A stretch of DNA of 64,000 bases. It comes from Gammaproteobacteria bacterium. Its GTDB lineage: Bacteria > Pseudomonadota > Gammaproteobacteria > Eutrophobiales > Eutrophobiaceae. The notes under the pieces are model-generated. The model was not told the DNA's origin, made no database searches, and worked only from the letters and a program-made list of their open reading frames with translations. The stretch spans positions 160,001 through 224,000 of the forward strand of contig CBDCDS010000003.1 of NCBI GenBank assembly GCA_965215365.1, read 5' to 3'. A program made the translations under genes and the position numbers. Shown here piece after piece: positions 37,805 through 48,510 of this stretch. Numbering within the stretch: position 1 is the first letter of the stretch; each line of letters begins with the position of its first letter.

Positions 37805-37813
37805 TGCTATAAT
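37805..37813 (+). promoter_or_regulatory. Extended -10 promoter TGcTATAAT, 6 nt before ATG 37820
   Basis: Perfect TGnTATAAT; no SD; spacing fits a leaderless mRNA. Confidence 0.6.
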
Positions 37814-37819
37814 TTGCAC

Positions 37820-38614
37820 ATGAGGGCATTGTCCCAGATAAAACGATTCCCGGCAGTGTTGCTGCTGACGCTGGTTACATTCAGCCATGGTTTCGCGGCG
37901 CCGTTCAATTATACTTGGCGCATTGAGGAGCTTGCCAAAACCAATGCCGAGGCCGTTGAATTGCGCGACCGCAACAACCGCCTGCTGCGGCGCGTCGACA
38001 CAAAACAGATGATCTACCTGTACTCGGTGATGCAGGCCTTGGAGCAAGTCTCGGAGTTGCGCTCGGAATTGCTGATCACCGATGGCGAACAGCCTAATGC
38101 GTTTGCCACCAAAGGCATGGCAGAACGGCTGCCGGCGGAAAATGGTGATGGGAATAATACCGGAGCCAAGACGGAGGAGGCCGTGATGCAGGGCCGCGCG
38201 CTTGCCGACGCCAAGCCGATTGACAAAGACAATGCCGTGGAGATCAATATCATCGGCATCAATTTCGCCATGCTGGATTTGCTGGGCCTGGATGTGCACA
38301 TGGCCGCCGCTCTGATCGGTCACGAACTGGGGCACCTGAAGCTGAACCACGGCGAGGATCATAAAAATCGGCGCCGGAGTGACATCCGCACTGCCGGCAA
38401 CACCCGTTACAGCCGTGACAACGAGCGCGAGGCAGATTATCTGGGTGCTATCTGGGCGGTAGAAGCCGGCTATGACCCACAAGGGGCGGTACGTTTGCAG
38501 GAATTGCTTTACAAGAAAACCAAGCACCTGTCGGGAGGATTTTCCGGCACCCACCCATCGTCGATAGAGCGCCTGACCAAGCTGAAGTCGCTGGCGCGCC
38601 GGTTGTCCGAGTGA
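37820..38614 (+). CDS. M48 family metallopeptidase, secreted
   Basis: Signal peptide; PNAFA, HELGH, YSRDNEREAD, AGYDP, THPS...R. Confidence 0.9.
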   Translation: MRALSQIKRFPAVLLLTLVTFSHGFAAPFNYTWRIEELAKTNAEAVELRDRNNRLLRRVDTKQMIYLYSVMQALEQVSELRSELLITDGEQPNAFATKGMAERLPAENGDGNNTGAKTEEAVMQGRALADAKPIDKDNAVEINIIGINFAMLDLLGLDVHMAAALIGHELGHLKLNHGEDHKNRRRSDIRTAGNTRYSRDNEREADYLGAIWAVEAGYDPQGAVRLQELLYKKTKHLSGGFSGTHPSSIERLTKLKSLARRLSE

Positions 38615-38702
38615 CCGGTATTGCCTGTGTCTTGCCGAGGGCCGGTTGACAGGCCGGGCACGACCGCCGACGCCGGGTGGCGCAGTGCCGGCGGCCTGAG
38701 AC

Positions 38703-41399
38703 ATGCGCGCTAGCGCCGCTACCATTATCTGCGCCAACACGCGTTTGGCGCGCCACTTGCGCCGGCGCCATGCGCAAGCGCAGCTGCACGGCGGCCACCG
38801 CGCCTGGGAGAGCCCGGATATCCTGCCCTGGCAGGCCTGGCTGCAGCGTTGTCGGGATGTGCGCGGCGATGATTATGGCACACTGCTGAACGAGGCGCAG
38901 GAGCGCGCGTTGTGGCAGCAGCTCATCGACGGCTCCGCCGCGCGGGATAACCTGTTACAGACGGCAGCGGTGGCGACCCAGGCGGCCGCAGCCTGGCAGT
39001 CTCTGCGGGCCTACCAGGTGCCGATTTTTCCCGCAGACATGCCCTTGAATGAAGATGCCGGCGCGTTCAAACTCTGGGCTGAGGAGTTCCGCGCACAGTG
39101 TCGGCGCCAGGGCTGGACTGACCACGCCACGCTGGTCGATGAATTGTCCGGTGCTGCCCCGGCGGCGGACATCTTCGGGAAGGAACTGGAGCTGGTCGGC
39201 TTTGACCGTTTCACACCGCAACAACAGACCTTGTTTGACCAGCTCAGGCACAGTGGTGTGTCCATTCGGGAACACCAGCATGAGGCTCGGAACGAGTCCG
39301 TGCGGCTGCTGAATTTTGCCGACATTGATGCAGAAATCCAGGCCGCGGCGCACTGGGCGCGCCGCGCCGTCGAAGCCGACGGGGAACTGACCATCGGTAT
39401 TATCACGCCGCAGTTACGCAACTTGCGCAGGCGTATCCGTTACAGCTTCGAGGATGTGCTGGTGCCGGCACAGCTGCGTTACCAGGCTGAGGCCGCTCCC
39501 GCGCCCTTCAGCATCTCCCTGGGACAGTCGCTGACCGACTACCCGTTGCTGCATGTAGTCTTTGCCCTGCTCAGTTTAAGCAAAGCCCCGCTGCCGCTGG
39601 AGACGCTGGGCGTATTGCTGCACACGCCGTTTATCCGTGGCTCTGAGCGGGAACAGGGCGCGCGCGCATTACTGGATGAAAGGCTGCGTTCCCGCAAGCA
39701 ACCGGCACTGCCCTGGAACGACCTGCTATACCTGATTGATAACAGCGGGGAAAGCGGCCAACCCGTCCCGATTCTGGCCGGGATGTTGCGCGCCACCCGC
39801 GCCGTGCTGGAGGAACTGCCGGGGCGCCAGTCGCCAGAGGGCTGGGCAGATAGTTTTGCACGCCTGCTTGAGGTGCTGGGCTGGCCCGGTGAGCGGGTGC
39901 TTGACAGTGCCGAATACCAACTGACCCGGGCCTGGTACAAGGCGCTGGACGGGCTGGTTTCGCTGCGTCTGATCAGGGCGCAGATGAACCGCAGCGAAGC
40001 ACTGTCCTGGTTGCGGCGCATTGCTGAGGGCACCGGTTTCCAACCGGAAACCGCGGAAACGCCGATTCAGGTTCTTGACCCACAGGGCGCCGCCGCCATG
40101 GCGTTTGACCGGGTCTGGATGCTGGGCCTGACTGAAGAGTCCTGGCCGCCGCGTGCTCACCCCAATCCCTTCATCCCGGTGGCGTTGCAGAAACAATACG
40201 GCCTGCCCGGCGCCGATGCCGGGGCGGAGTTGGAACGGTCCAGAGCCTTGCAGGCGGCTTTGGTGCGTTCCACGCAACATCTGGTATTCAGCCACGCCCG
40301 CCTAGATGAAGACCGGCCACTGCTGGCCAGCCCCTTGTTGCAGGAAGTGGGACATGTTCCCGAACCGGAAGCGAAGTCCACCGGCAAGCCACAATCAGGC
40401 GCAACGGAACAGGACGGCGGCATGGACTCGGTGGTGATATTTAACGCCCGCAGGCTGGAAACCATAGAAGACACCCAGGCGCCGCCAGTGCGTGGTCGTT
40501 ATGGCGCCGGCGGCGCGGCGCTGTTCCAGGACCAGTCCCAATGCCCGCTGCGCGCGTTCGCCCGGCGGCGGCTGGGTTCCAGGGGGCTGGACACCACCGA
40601 CATAGGCGCCGATGCCATGCAGCGCGGCGCGCTGCTGCATGAGCTGCTGCAAAATGTCTGGTCGGAACTGCGCAGCCAGGAACGTCTCAAGGCCCTGTCC
40701 GAAGCGGAACTCGAAGCGTTTATCCAGGCCCAAACCGATGCTTTGTTGCAGGGTTATCGCACGCGTTATCCCCTGGTCTATACGCCCCGCTTCGCGGCGT
40801 TGGAAGCCGCGCGGCTGGCGCGCATGTTACGGCAGTGGCTGGCGCTGGAACTGGAACGGGCGCCGTTTACCGTTGCCGAGGTGGAAGTCAGGACCCCTTC
40901 GATCGTCGGCGAGGTGGAGTTTTCCACACGGCTGGACCGGGTGGATGTGCTGGAAGACGGACGTCACGTGATTATCGATTACAAGAGCGGCAGCGCGTCC
41001 GTCAATAAATGGGCCGGCGCCCGCCCCGATGAGCCGCAACTGCCGCTGTACGCAGTAACCTACCCGGAGCCGGTGGCGGCGCTCACCTTTGCTATGCTCA
41101 GGCACGGAGATAAATTCGGTTTCGAGGGTCTGGCCGCAGACGCTGGCCTGTTGCCGGACACGGCGGAATTTACCAGTGACAAGCGGGCAAGGCAGGTGCT
41201 GGTCGAACTGGAAACCCTGAGCGGCGCGGAAACATCCGACTGGGCAAGCCTGTTCGACTACTGGCGCAAGGCGCTGGAGCAGCTGGCGCAGGAATTTCGC
41301 GCCGGGGTAGCGACCGTCACCCCCCAGCCCGGCGCCTGCCAGTGGTGCGACCAGCAACCACTGTGCCGCATCCATGAGGTTGACCAGAGTCATGACTAA
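38703..41399 (+). CDS. addB: AddB-like helicase/nuclease subunit (PD-(D/E)XK nuclease with Fe-S staple)
   Basis: C-terminal QCPLRAFA, RGALLH, RLDRVD, IIDYKSG, PQLPLY, CQWC..PLC; coupled to a UvrD helicase. Confidence 0.82.
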   Translation: MRASAATIICANTRLARHLRRRHAQAQLHGGHRAWESPDILPWQAWLQRCRDVRGDDYGTLLNEAQERALWQQLIDGSAARDNLLQTAAVATQAAAAWQSLRAYQVPIFPADMPLNEDAGAFKLWAEEFRAQCRRQGWTDHATLVDELSGAAPAADIFGKELELVGFDRFTPQQQTLFDQLRHSGVSIREHQHEARNESVRLLNFADIDAEIQAAAHWARRAVEADGELTIGIITPQLRNLRRRIRYSFEDVLVPAQLRYQAEAAPAPFSISLGQSLTDYPLLHVVFALLSLSKAPLPLETLGVLLHTPFIRGSEREQGARALLDERLRSRKQPALPWNDLLYLIDNSGESGQPVPILAGMLRATRAVLEELPGRQSPEGWADSFARLLEVLGWPGERVLDSAEYQLTRAWYKALDGLVSLRLIRAQMNRSEALSWLRRIAEGTGFQPETAETPIQVLDPQGAAAMAFDRVWMLGLTEESWPPRAHPNPFIPVALQKQYGLPGADAGAELERSRALQAALVRSTQHLVFSHARLDEDRPLLASPLLQEVGHVPEPEAKSTGKPQSGATEQDGGMDSVVIFNARRLETIEDTQAPPVRGRYGAGGAALFQDQSQCPLRAFARRRLGSRGLDTTDIGADAMQRGALLHELLQNVWSELRSQERLKALSEAELEAFIQAQTDALLQGYRTRYPLVYTPRFAALEAARLARMLRQWLALELERAPFTVAEVEVRTPSIVGEVEFSTRLDRVDVLEDGRHVIIDYKSGSASVNKWAGARPDEPQLPLYAVTYPEPVAALTFAMLRHGDKFGFEGLAADAGLLPDTAEFTSDKRARQVLVELETLSGAETSDWASLFDYWRKALEQLAQEFRAGVATVTPQPGACQWCDQQPLCRIHEVDQSHD

Positions 41400-44300
41400 C
41401 CCCCCTGTCGATCAGGCAATGCGGGAACGGGTGTTAAACCCGGAACAGTCCTTTATCGTGCAGGCGCCGGCGGGGTCGGGCAAGACCGAGTTGCTGGTGC
41501 GGCGTTTCCTGTGCCTGCTGGCGGTGGTGGCGGTGCCGGAAGAGATCGTCGCCATTACCTTCACGCGCAAGGCTGCGGCGGAGATGCGTAAACGCATCAT
41601 CGAAGCGCTGCAAAACGCTGCCAACACAGGCAAGACCAAGCGTGAGGCGAACGGCGCCGGGGAGGAGTCACTGCAACTCGCCGACGCGGTTTTGGCAAGA
41701 GATGCAGAGCTCGGTTGGCAACTGCTGCAAAATCCGTCCCGTCTGAAAATCCAGACCATCGATTCGTTTTGCGCGACGCTGACCCGGCAAATGCCGTTAC
41801 TGGCGCAACTCGGCGGACAACCGGAGCTGGCCGAAGATCCCCGCGACCTGTACCGGGAGGCGGCGACCAACACCCTGAAACTGCTGGATGAAAACACCAC
41901 GCAGGGCGGGGAACAGTCAGGCAATAGCGTCGCCGTCGAGATCCTGCTCGAGCGCCTCGATAACAACCTGCCCAGCGTCAGGGACATGCTCATTACCATG
42001 CTGCAAAAACGCGACCAGTGGCTGCGTCACCTGGTCGAACAACGCCCGGATCGGGCGGTCATGGAGCAGGCGCTCAAGCACAGCGTGGAAGCCTCGCTGA
42101 AGGATGTACGAAACGCCTTGTCGAAGGCCGATGCGGAGGAACTGGCTGACTGCGCCGGTTACGCCGCAGACAATCTTGGCGAAGATAATCCCTGTTCGAG
42201 TAGGGGTTTGCCCGACACTAATGCGGACGCCCGGCAGGACTGGCAGTTCATTGCCGACTTGTGCCTGACCCAACGAGGCGAGTGGCGTAGAAGTGTAACC
42301 GTCAATCAGGGATTCCCGCCGGGCAGGGACGGTAAGGACATGAAAGAGCAGTTCACTGACCTGCTGCAGCGGTTCGCCGCACAACCGCGCCTGTTGGAGC
42401 TGTTCCGGGAACTACGCGTGCTGCCCCCCACTACATACCAGGATGACGAATGGCTGGCGCTCAAGGGGTTGTACGTGTTGCTGACGCGTGCCAAAGAGCA
42501 GTTACGCCGGTTGTGTGCAGCGCGCAATCAGGTGGACTTCATTGGTCTGGCCGAGGCTGCCAGTCAGGCGCTGGAGGATGACGACAGCCCCACCGATCTG
42601 GCACTGTACCTGGACTACCGCATCCGCCACATCCTGGTGGATGAGTACCAGGACGTGTCTATCAACCAGCAGGAGTTACTGGAAAAACTGACTGCGGGCT
42701 GGGCTGCAGAAGACGGCCACAGCCTGTTCCTAGTAGGCGACCCCATGCAGTCCATCTACCGTTTTCGCAAGGCCGAAGTGGGGGTATTCCTGAATACCTG
42801 GCAGCAACAGCGACTGGGGCAGGTACGCATCGAAGCGGTAGCAATAGAGGTCAACTTCCGCTCCGCCCCGGCGCTGGTGAACTGGGTCAACCGCGCATTC
42901 GCCCAAGTACTGCCGGATGTGCCGGACAGCGCCCGCGGCGCCGTCGATTTTGCGCCGGCGCAGGCGTTTCGTGAACTCTCAGGCACAACCGGAGTGTATG
43001 TGCATCCCGTGCTGATACCGAAAATGGACAAGGATGGAGACCCGGCCGCGGCCAAGGCGCAGGCAGACGCGCAGGAAGCGCAACGGGTATTGCAGCAGAT
43101 TGAAACCATCCGGGCGGAGTCCCCCTCCGAAAGCATTGCCATACTGGTGCGCGCCCGCACCCATCTCAGCACCATCATGCCGTTGTTGGCGGAACGAAAA
43201 ATACCTTTTCGCGCGCTGGCTATCGAGCCGCTGGGCGAGCGTCCGGTAGTCCAGGATTTGCTGACTCTGACCCGCGCCCTGCGCCACCAGGCCGACCGCG
43301 TGGCTTGGCTGGGGTTGCTACGCGCGCCCTGGTGTGGGCTCACTCTGGCGGACTTGCTGGCGTTGGCGGGGGACAGCAGCGACCAGACCATCTGGCAATG
43401 TCTGCAGGATGAGCAGCGGCGGGCGGCGCTCAGCGCGGCAGGGCGCCAGCGGCTGGAACGCTTGTATGCGCTCCTCTCCCAGGCGTTTGCGCGGCAGGGC
43501 CGATTGCCGTTCCGCCGTTGGGTGGAAGGCTTGTGGCTGAACCTGGGCGGTCCGGCGACCCTTGAAACCGATACCGACCTGCGTGACGCCCGACGCTATT
43601 TTGAGCTGTTGGATGAACTGGAGCAGGGCGGCGACCGGCCCGGTCAGGAGGCGCTGGCGCAACGGGTCACCGAGCTGTATGCCGGCGCTGATACCCACGC
43701 TGATGACAGGTTGCAGATAATGACTGTGCACGGCGCCAAGGGGCTGGAGTTCGACCATGTCATCCTGCCCGGACTGCAACGCACCGCACGGCCTGACTCA
43801 AAGCAACTGCTGGTGTGGTCGGAGAATCCTTATCCGACCCGTTCTGACCCGACCCGTCCTGACCTGCTGCTGGCACCGGTCAAAGCCAGTGAGGAAGCCG
43901 CCTCCCCGATCTATGATTTTATCGCCAGCCTGGAACAAAGAAAGCAGCGTTACGAACAAGGACGCCTGTTGTACGTGGCCGCCACCCGGGCACGCAAGCA
44001 ACTGCACCTGATCGGTAGCGTTAAGGTGCAGGAAGGAGAGCTGGTAGCACCCTCAGACAAGACACCGCTGGGGCAGCTGTGGCCGGTGGTGGCAAATGTA
44101 TTTCAAGCCGCTATTAACGTGGAATTGCCGAACATCGATCCGGGCCAGTCGGCGGCAGTGCCGCGGCCGGCGTTGCTGCGACGCCTGCCTGCAGATTGGC
44201 AGTTGCCGCAGCCGCCGCCGAGTACACAGTGGACCCCGGCGCCGGTAACGGGCACGGTCCAGGAAGACATCGGTGCCGAAGGTGAGCCCATCGAATACCA

Positions 44301-44859
44301 ATGGGCCGGACGCGCCATCAAGCATGTCGGCAGTGTTGTGCATCGGTATTTGCAGCTGATGACTGACCGGGGGAACGACCCTTGGGACACGGATAAAATT
44401 CGCGCCCACCGACCGCAGTACCGGACGGCCTTAGCTACCCTGGGCGTGCCCGCAGCGGAGCTCGACAGTGCCGGTGCCTGGGTGGAACAGGCCCTGAACG
44501 GTATCCTGGCAGACCCTAAGGGGCAGTGGTTGCTGGCCGCACACAAAGAAGAGCAGAGCGAGTATGCACTCAGCGGCGTTTACGGGGGCGCGGTCATCAA
44601 CATCGTCATAGACCGGACTTTTGTTGACGAGGCCGACACCCGTTGGATCGTTGATTACAAGGCCTCCCGCCACGAATCCCGCGATGTCGAACAATTCCTG
44701 AACCTGCAACAGGAGCGTTACCGCGCGCAGTTGGAAAAATATGCGGCAGTGATGGCTGCCCTGGAGCACCGACCGATCCGGCTTGGGTTGTATTTTCCGC
44801 TGCTGCGTGGTTGGCGCGAGTGGTGTTACACTGTGCAGAACAGTGAACGGCATGAATGA
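41392..44859 (+). CDS. addA: AddA-like UvrD helicase-nuclease
   Basis: APAGSGKT, ITFTRKAAAEM, VDEYQD, VGDPMQSIYRFR, TVHGAKGLEF, YVAATRA, IDR...IVDYK. Confidence 0.88.
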   Translation: MTNPPVDQAMRERVLNPEQSFIVQAPAGSGKTELLVRRFLCLLAVVAVPEEIVAITFTRKAAAEMRKRIIEALQNAANTGKTKREANGAGEESLQLADAVLARDAELGWQLLQNPSRLKIQTIDSFCATLTRQMPLLAQLGGQPELAEDPRDLYREAATNTLKLLDENTTQGGEQSGNSVAVEILLERLDNNLPSVRDMLITMLQKRDQWLRHLVEQRPDRAVMEQALKHSVEASLKDVRNALSKADAEELADCAGYAADNLGEDNPCSSRGLPDTNADARQDWQFIADLCLTQRGEWRRSVTVNQGFPPGRDGKDMKEQFTDLLQRFAAQPRLLELFRELRVLPPTTYQDDEWLALKGLYVLLTRAKEQLRRLCAARNQVDFIGLAEAASQALEDDDSPTDLALYLDYRIRHILVDEYQDVSINQQELLEKLTAGWAAEDGHSLFLVGDPMQSIYRFRKAEVGVFLNTWQQQRLGQVRIEAVAIEVNFRSAPALVNWVNRAFAQVLPDVPDSARGAVDFAPAQAFRELSGTTGVYVHPVLIPKMDKDGDPAAAKAQADAQEAQRVLQQIETIRAESPSESIAILVRARTHLSTIMPLLAERKIPFRALAIEPLGERPVVQDLLTLTRALRHQADRVAWLGLLRAPWCGLTLADLLALAGDSSDQTIWQCLQDEQRRAALSAAGRQRLERLYALLSQAFARQGRLPFRRWVEGLWLNLGGPATLETDTDLRDARRYFELLDELEQGGDRPGQEALAQRVTELYAGADTHADDRLQIMTVHGAKGLEFDHVILPGLQRTARPDSKQLLVWSENPYPTRSDPTRPDLLLAPVKASEEAASPIYDFIASLEQRKQRYEQGRLLYVAATRARKQLHLIGSVKVQEGELVAPSDKTPLGQLWPVVANVFQAAINVELPNIDPGQSAAVPRPALLRRLPADWQLPQPPPSTQWTPAPVTGTVQEDIGAEGEPIEYQWAGRAIKHVGSVVHRYLQLMTDRGNDPWDTDKIRAHRPQYRTALATLGVPAAELDSAGAWVEQALNGILADPKGQWLLAAHKEEQSEYALSGVYGGAVINIVIDRTFVDEADTRWIVDYKASRHESRDVEQFLNLQQERYRAQLEKYAAVMAALEHRPIRLGLYFPLLRGWREWCYTVQNSERHE

Positions 44860-45015
44860 GCACTTTTACAAAACAATAAAGGTCGAAAATTTCGGGGGGA
44901 TAAAGTCCTTCTACCAGCCAAACACGGACAGTGTTTTGTTGTCTTATGGTGAATAAATCATTGGTCTTTGCTATGGTATATTGACTTTTAACCAATTCGG
45001 GTGGGATAAGCCATT

Positions 45016-45942
45016 ATGGCACTATTGGGAAACAAGGGTGTTTGCGTGCTGGGTTCGATCAATCAGGATGTCGTTGCTGTGGTAGATAAGCTGCCGCAAC
45101 CGGGGGAAACGGTTGTCGCCCGGCGCTTGACGTATTATCCGGGGGGCAAGGGCGCCAATCAGGCGGTGGCGGCGGCGCGTATGGGCGCCAGGACATTGAT
45201 GATCGGGGCGACGGGTGCCGATGAGGCGGGTAACGTGATGCGGGGTTTTTTACAGAATAACGGGGTGGATATCGCAATGGTCGATAGCAATCCCCGGCAG
45301 CCTACCGGACAGGCCTTTATCAACGTCTCCGCAGCCGGTGAAAATGCGATTGTCGTCGTTTCGGGCGCCAATGCTGCTTTGAGACCGGCCGCTATCCGGG
45401 CCAGGAAGTGGACCGGTTGCGGCATCTTTCTCGCCCAGTTGGAAAGTCCGGTCGAAACGGTAAAAGCATTTTTCTCCAGTGCTGCCGCCCGGCGTGGGAA
45501 AACCATACTGAATGCTGCGCCGGCACTCCCGGCAGGTGCCGGATTGTTTGCGCTGACCGATATTCTAATCCTCAATGAGTCCGAACTTGCTGCCTACGCG
45601 CAGCTGCCGGAAGCGCCCGCGGAAGTGGAGCGGGCGATTGCCGGCGCAAGAAAATTGATCGGGCGGGAGCGACTGGCCGTGATTGTCACCTTGGGTGAGA
45701 AGGGCGCGGTGGTGGTTGAGCGTGAACAGGACGCACTGCTCCCGGGGCGGCGGGCGCAGGTCAAGGACACGACCGGCGCCGGCGATTGTTTTTGCGGCAC
45801 ACTGGCTGCCGCCTTAGGTGATGGTTATGATTTGCTTGAGGCGGCCCGGTTGGCGGTGCTGGCAGCATCAATATCCGTAGAACATGCCGGGGCTGCAACC
45901 TCGAGCCCCGTGCGCGCGGAGGTCGAAAAGCTGATGCAATAG
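45016..45942 (+). CDS. rbsK: Ribokinase
   Basis: GSINQD, PGGKGANQAVAAAR, NESE, DTTGAGDCF. Confidence 0.92.
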   Translation: MALLGNKGVCVLGSINQDVVAVVDKLPQPGETVVARRLTYYPGGKGANQAVAAARMGARTLMIGATGADEAGNVMRGFLQNNGVDIAMVDSNPRQPTGQAFINVSAAGENAIVVVSGANAALRPAAIRARKWTGCGIFLAQLESPVETVKAFFSSAAARRGKTILNAAPALPAGAGLFALTDILILNESELAAYAQLPEAPAEVERAIAGARKLIGRERLAVIVTLGEKGAVVVEREQDALLPGRRAQVKDTTGAGDCFCGTLAAALGDGYDLLEAARLAVLAASISVEHAGAATSSPVRAEVEKLMQ

Positions 45943-45964
45943 TGCGCGACCCTGCGCCTCATTG

Positions 45965-46909
45965 CTACCTGCGCAAACGCCAGTGGTCGAACAGGACGGC
46001 GGCGATGATAACCCCACCGGTGATGAGCCGCTTGACCGGTTCCGTTGCCCCCAGTTGCGCTAGGCCGTTCTGCAACACGGCGATAATCAGCACGCCCATA
46101 AATGCGCCGGCCACCGAACCTCTGCCCCCCATCAGGCTGGTGCCGCCGATCACGGCGGCGGCGATAGCCGATAATTCGAGCCCGATGCCGGCATTGGGGT
46201 CGGCGGCGCCTAGGTAAGCGGCGTTGAACAAACCGCCCAGCCCCGCCAGACACCCGGATAACGCCAGCACCGAGATACGATAGGGATGTATCGGGATACC
46301 GGACATACGCGCGGCAGTCTGGTTAGTGCCGATGGCGACAATATACCGCCCGAACACAGTGTTACGTACCAGGAAATGAGCCAGGATGACTATTGATAGG
46401 GCAATAATCAAGGCCGGCGATACGCCGAGGCCGGCTATGGGCAACGATAATTTCTGAATGGAGGCGCCGATAAACAGGGTTTGTGAGCCGGTAGTCAGGT
46501 AGGCCAGGCCGCGCGCCATTTCCAGCATGCCTAAGGTGACGATAAACGACGGCAACGCAAACAGGCTGCTCAGGCAACCATTGACTAGCCCGCACAGGGT
46601 TCCCGTTATGAGGCCGAGTACCAGGGCCAGCGGCAACGGCAGCCCATAGATGACAACGGCCATGCCAGCCACCGCAGAGCTCAGACCGACGACTGAGCCG
46701 ACAGACAGGTCGATATGGCCGACAATCAATACCAGAGTCATGCCGACGGCGACTACCGTCAACGCCGGCAACTGGTTGAGTATTGCAGCAAACGTGGTCA
46801 GGGAAAAAAAGTTGTCCGAGGCGATGCCGAAAAAGACGATTAACAACGCCAGCGAACCGGCGGTAAAGTATTGCTGCAAACGTTGTTGAACCGTCATGAC
46901 GAGCATCAT
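45965..46909 (-). CDS. rbsC: Ribose-type ABC transporter permease
   Basis: IDLSVGS, PSFIVTLG, ELSAIAAAVIGGTSLMGGRG. Confidence 0.88.
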   Translation of the reverse strand: MMLVMTVQQRLQQYFTAGSLALLIVFFGIASDNFFSLTTFAAILNQLPALTVVAVGMTLVLIVGHIDLSVGSVVGLSSAVAGMAVVIYGLPLPLALVLGLITGTLCGLVNGCLSSLFALPSFIVTLGMLEMARGLAYLTTGSQTLFIGASIQKLSLPIAGLGVSPALIIALSIVILAHFLVRNTVFGRYIVAIGTNQTAARMSGIPIHPYRISVLALSGCLAGLGGLFNAAYLGAADPNAGIGLELSAIAAAVIGGTSLMGGRGSVAGAFMGVLIIAVLQNGLAQLGATEPVKRLITGGVIIAAVLFDHWRLRR

Positions 46910-48447
46910 GCAGTCAGCGCCGCTGGCCGGGCGCTCCTGTCGGCGGTGTATTCACTGAATGCTGCGGCCAGAATGGCGTTATAGTCCCATTCGTCCCGGC
47001 TGAACATTTTGACCGGCTTGCGATTGGACAATACCAGAATGCGATGACAGAGTTTCATCAGTTCCTCGATTTCACTGGAGACGATGATTAGGGTCCGGCC
47101 GCGGGCGGCCAGCTCCCGGAAAAGATCATGGAGAAAGTGTTTGGTGGGGATATCGACCCCGCGCGTGGGTTCGTTCAGAAGAAAAATATCGACGCCTTTA
47201 TGCAGCCAGCGACTCACCAGCACCTTTTGCTGGTTGCCGCCGCTCAGCCGCTCGATGTGCTGGTCTGCGTTCACGCGTTGTACCGATAATTGGTTCAACT
47301 GCTGCTCCGTTGCCCGATGTTCATCGGCAGAGTGGATAACGCCGAACCTGCCGGCATGTTGTTGCAGGCCCGGAAGAGTCAGGTTCAGACGGATGGATTG
47401 GCCGGTGAACAGTCCCTGCTGCTTGCGGTCTTCAGGCAAAAATCCGAGGCCCAGCTCTATGGCCTGACGCGGACTGTGCAGCCTGACCGGTGCATTGTCG
47501 GTGTAACGTGTGACCGTGCCGCGTGTGGGGCGCTTTAGCATGAAGATAGTTTCCAGCAACTCGGCCGGCCCGGAACCGGCCAGACCGCCGATACCAAGGA
47601 TTTCACCCGCACAACAATCGAAGGAAATGGGCTGAGGAAACCGCCGGGATTGCAGCCCGTCAATCGCCAGGGTTATCCCGCCGCGATTGACAGCGCCAGC
47701 GGCGACCGCGGCGTTATCCTTGCTCGCCCGTCCCGACATCAGGCGGATCATTGCATCCGGCGTGACGGTTCCCGCCGGGGAACTGTTGACCACCCGCCCG
47801 TCCCGTAATACGGAGACGGTGTCCGACACCTCCAGCACATCCTTGAGTCTATGGCTGATGTAAATGACGGACGCGCCGCCGGCGACCCGCTCACGTATGA
47901 GCTCATGCAGCCGTTGTGCCTGCGGTTCCGTCAAGGCCGCAGTGGGTTCATCCAGGATCAGCAGGCGGCTGTCAAAGGCCAGCGCCTTCGCCAGCTCCGT
48001 GAGTTGGCGTTGCGCCAGGGGGAGCCGCCTGACCGGTGTATTCGGGTCAACCATCTCCATGCCAACCCGCCGCATCATCTGTGCCGCCTCAGCCAGCAGT
48101 CGCGGGTAGCGAATGACCGCGTGGCGTGCGGGCAGGCGCCGCAGAAAAATATTCTCGGCAACAGACAGTGTATCGATAAGACTGAGCTCCTGAGCCGCCA
48201 GGGTGATGCCCCGGCGCTGAGCATCCCCGGCATTCCCCGGTGTATAGCTGGTGCCGTCCAGAAAAAGTTCGCCCCGGTCCCAACGGAGCAACCCGGACAG
48301 GATATTCATCAAGGTTGATTTGCCGGCCCCGTTCTCGCCGATCAACCCGTGCACTTCCCCCGGTTTGACGGTCATATTGACACCGGACAACACCGGCACC
48401 GAAAAGGATTTATGCAAATCGCTGATGCTGAGGCGGGCGGGCGGCAT
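46906..48447 (-). CDS. rbsA: Ribose-type ABC transporter ATPase (two NBDs)
   Basis: GENGAGKST, LDEPTAAL, PEDRK, LSGGNQQK, EPTRGVD. Confidence 0.9.
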   Translation of the reverse strand: MPPARLSISDLHKSFSVPVLSGVNMTVKPGEVHGLIGENGAGKSTLMNILSGLLRWDRGELFLDGTSYTPGNAGDAQRRGITLAAQELSLIDTLSVAENIFLRRLPARHAVIRYPRLLAEAAQMMRRVGMEMVDPNTPVRRLPLAQRQLTELAKALAFDSRLLILDEPTAALTEPQAQRLHELIRERVAGGASVIYISHRLKDVLEVSDTVSVLRDGRVVNSSPAGTVTPDAMIRLMSGRASKDNAAVAAGAVNRGGITLAIDGLQSRRFPQPISFDCCAGEILGIGGLAGSGPAELLETIFMLKRPTRGTVTRYTDNAPVRLHSPRQAIELGLGFLPEDRKQQGLFTGQSIRLNLTLPGLQQHAGRFGVIHSADEHRATEQQLNQLSVQRVNADQHIERLSGGNQQKVLVSRWLHKGVDIFLLNEPTRGVDIPTKHFLHDLFRELAARGRTLIIVSSEIEELMKLCHRILVLSNRKPVKMFSRDEWDYNAILAAAFSEYTADRSARPAALTA

Positions 48448-48510
48448 TGGCTGGCACTCTTACAACTTAATGCTGACGCGCTCAGTGGGCGAAACCAGTG
48501 GCTCGCACGG

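Noticed and set aside
43834-43863. 15-bp imperfect tandem duplication in addA (PTRSD-PTRPD)
   Set aside because: In-frame micro-duplication in a probable loop; no sign of function.
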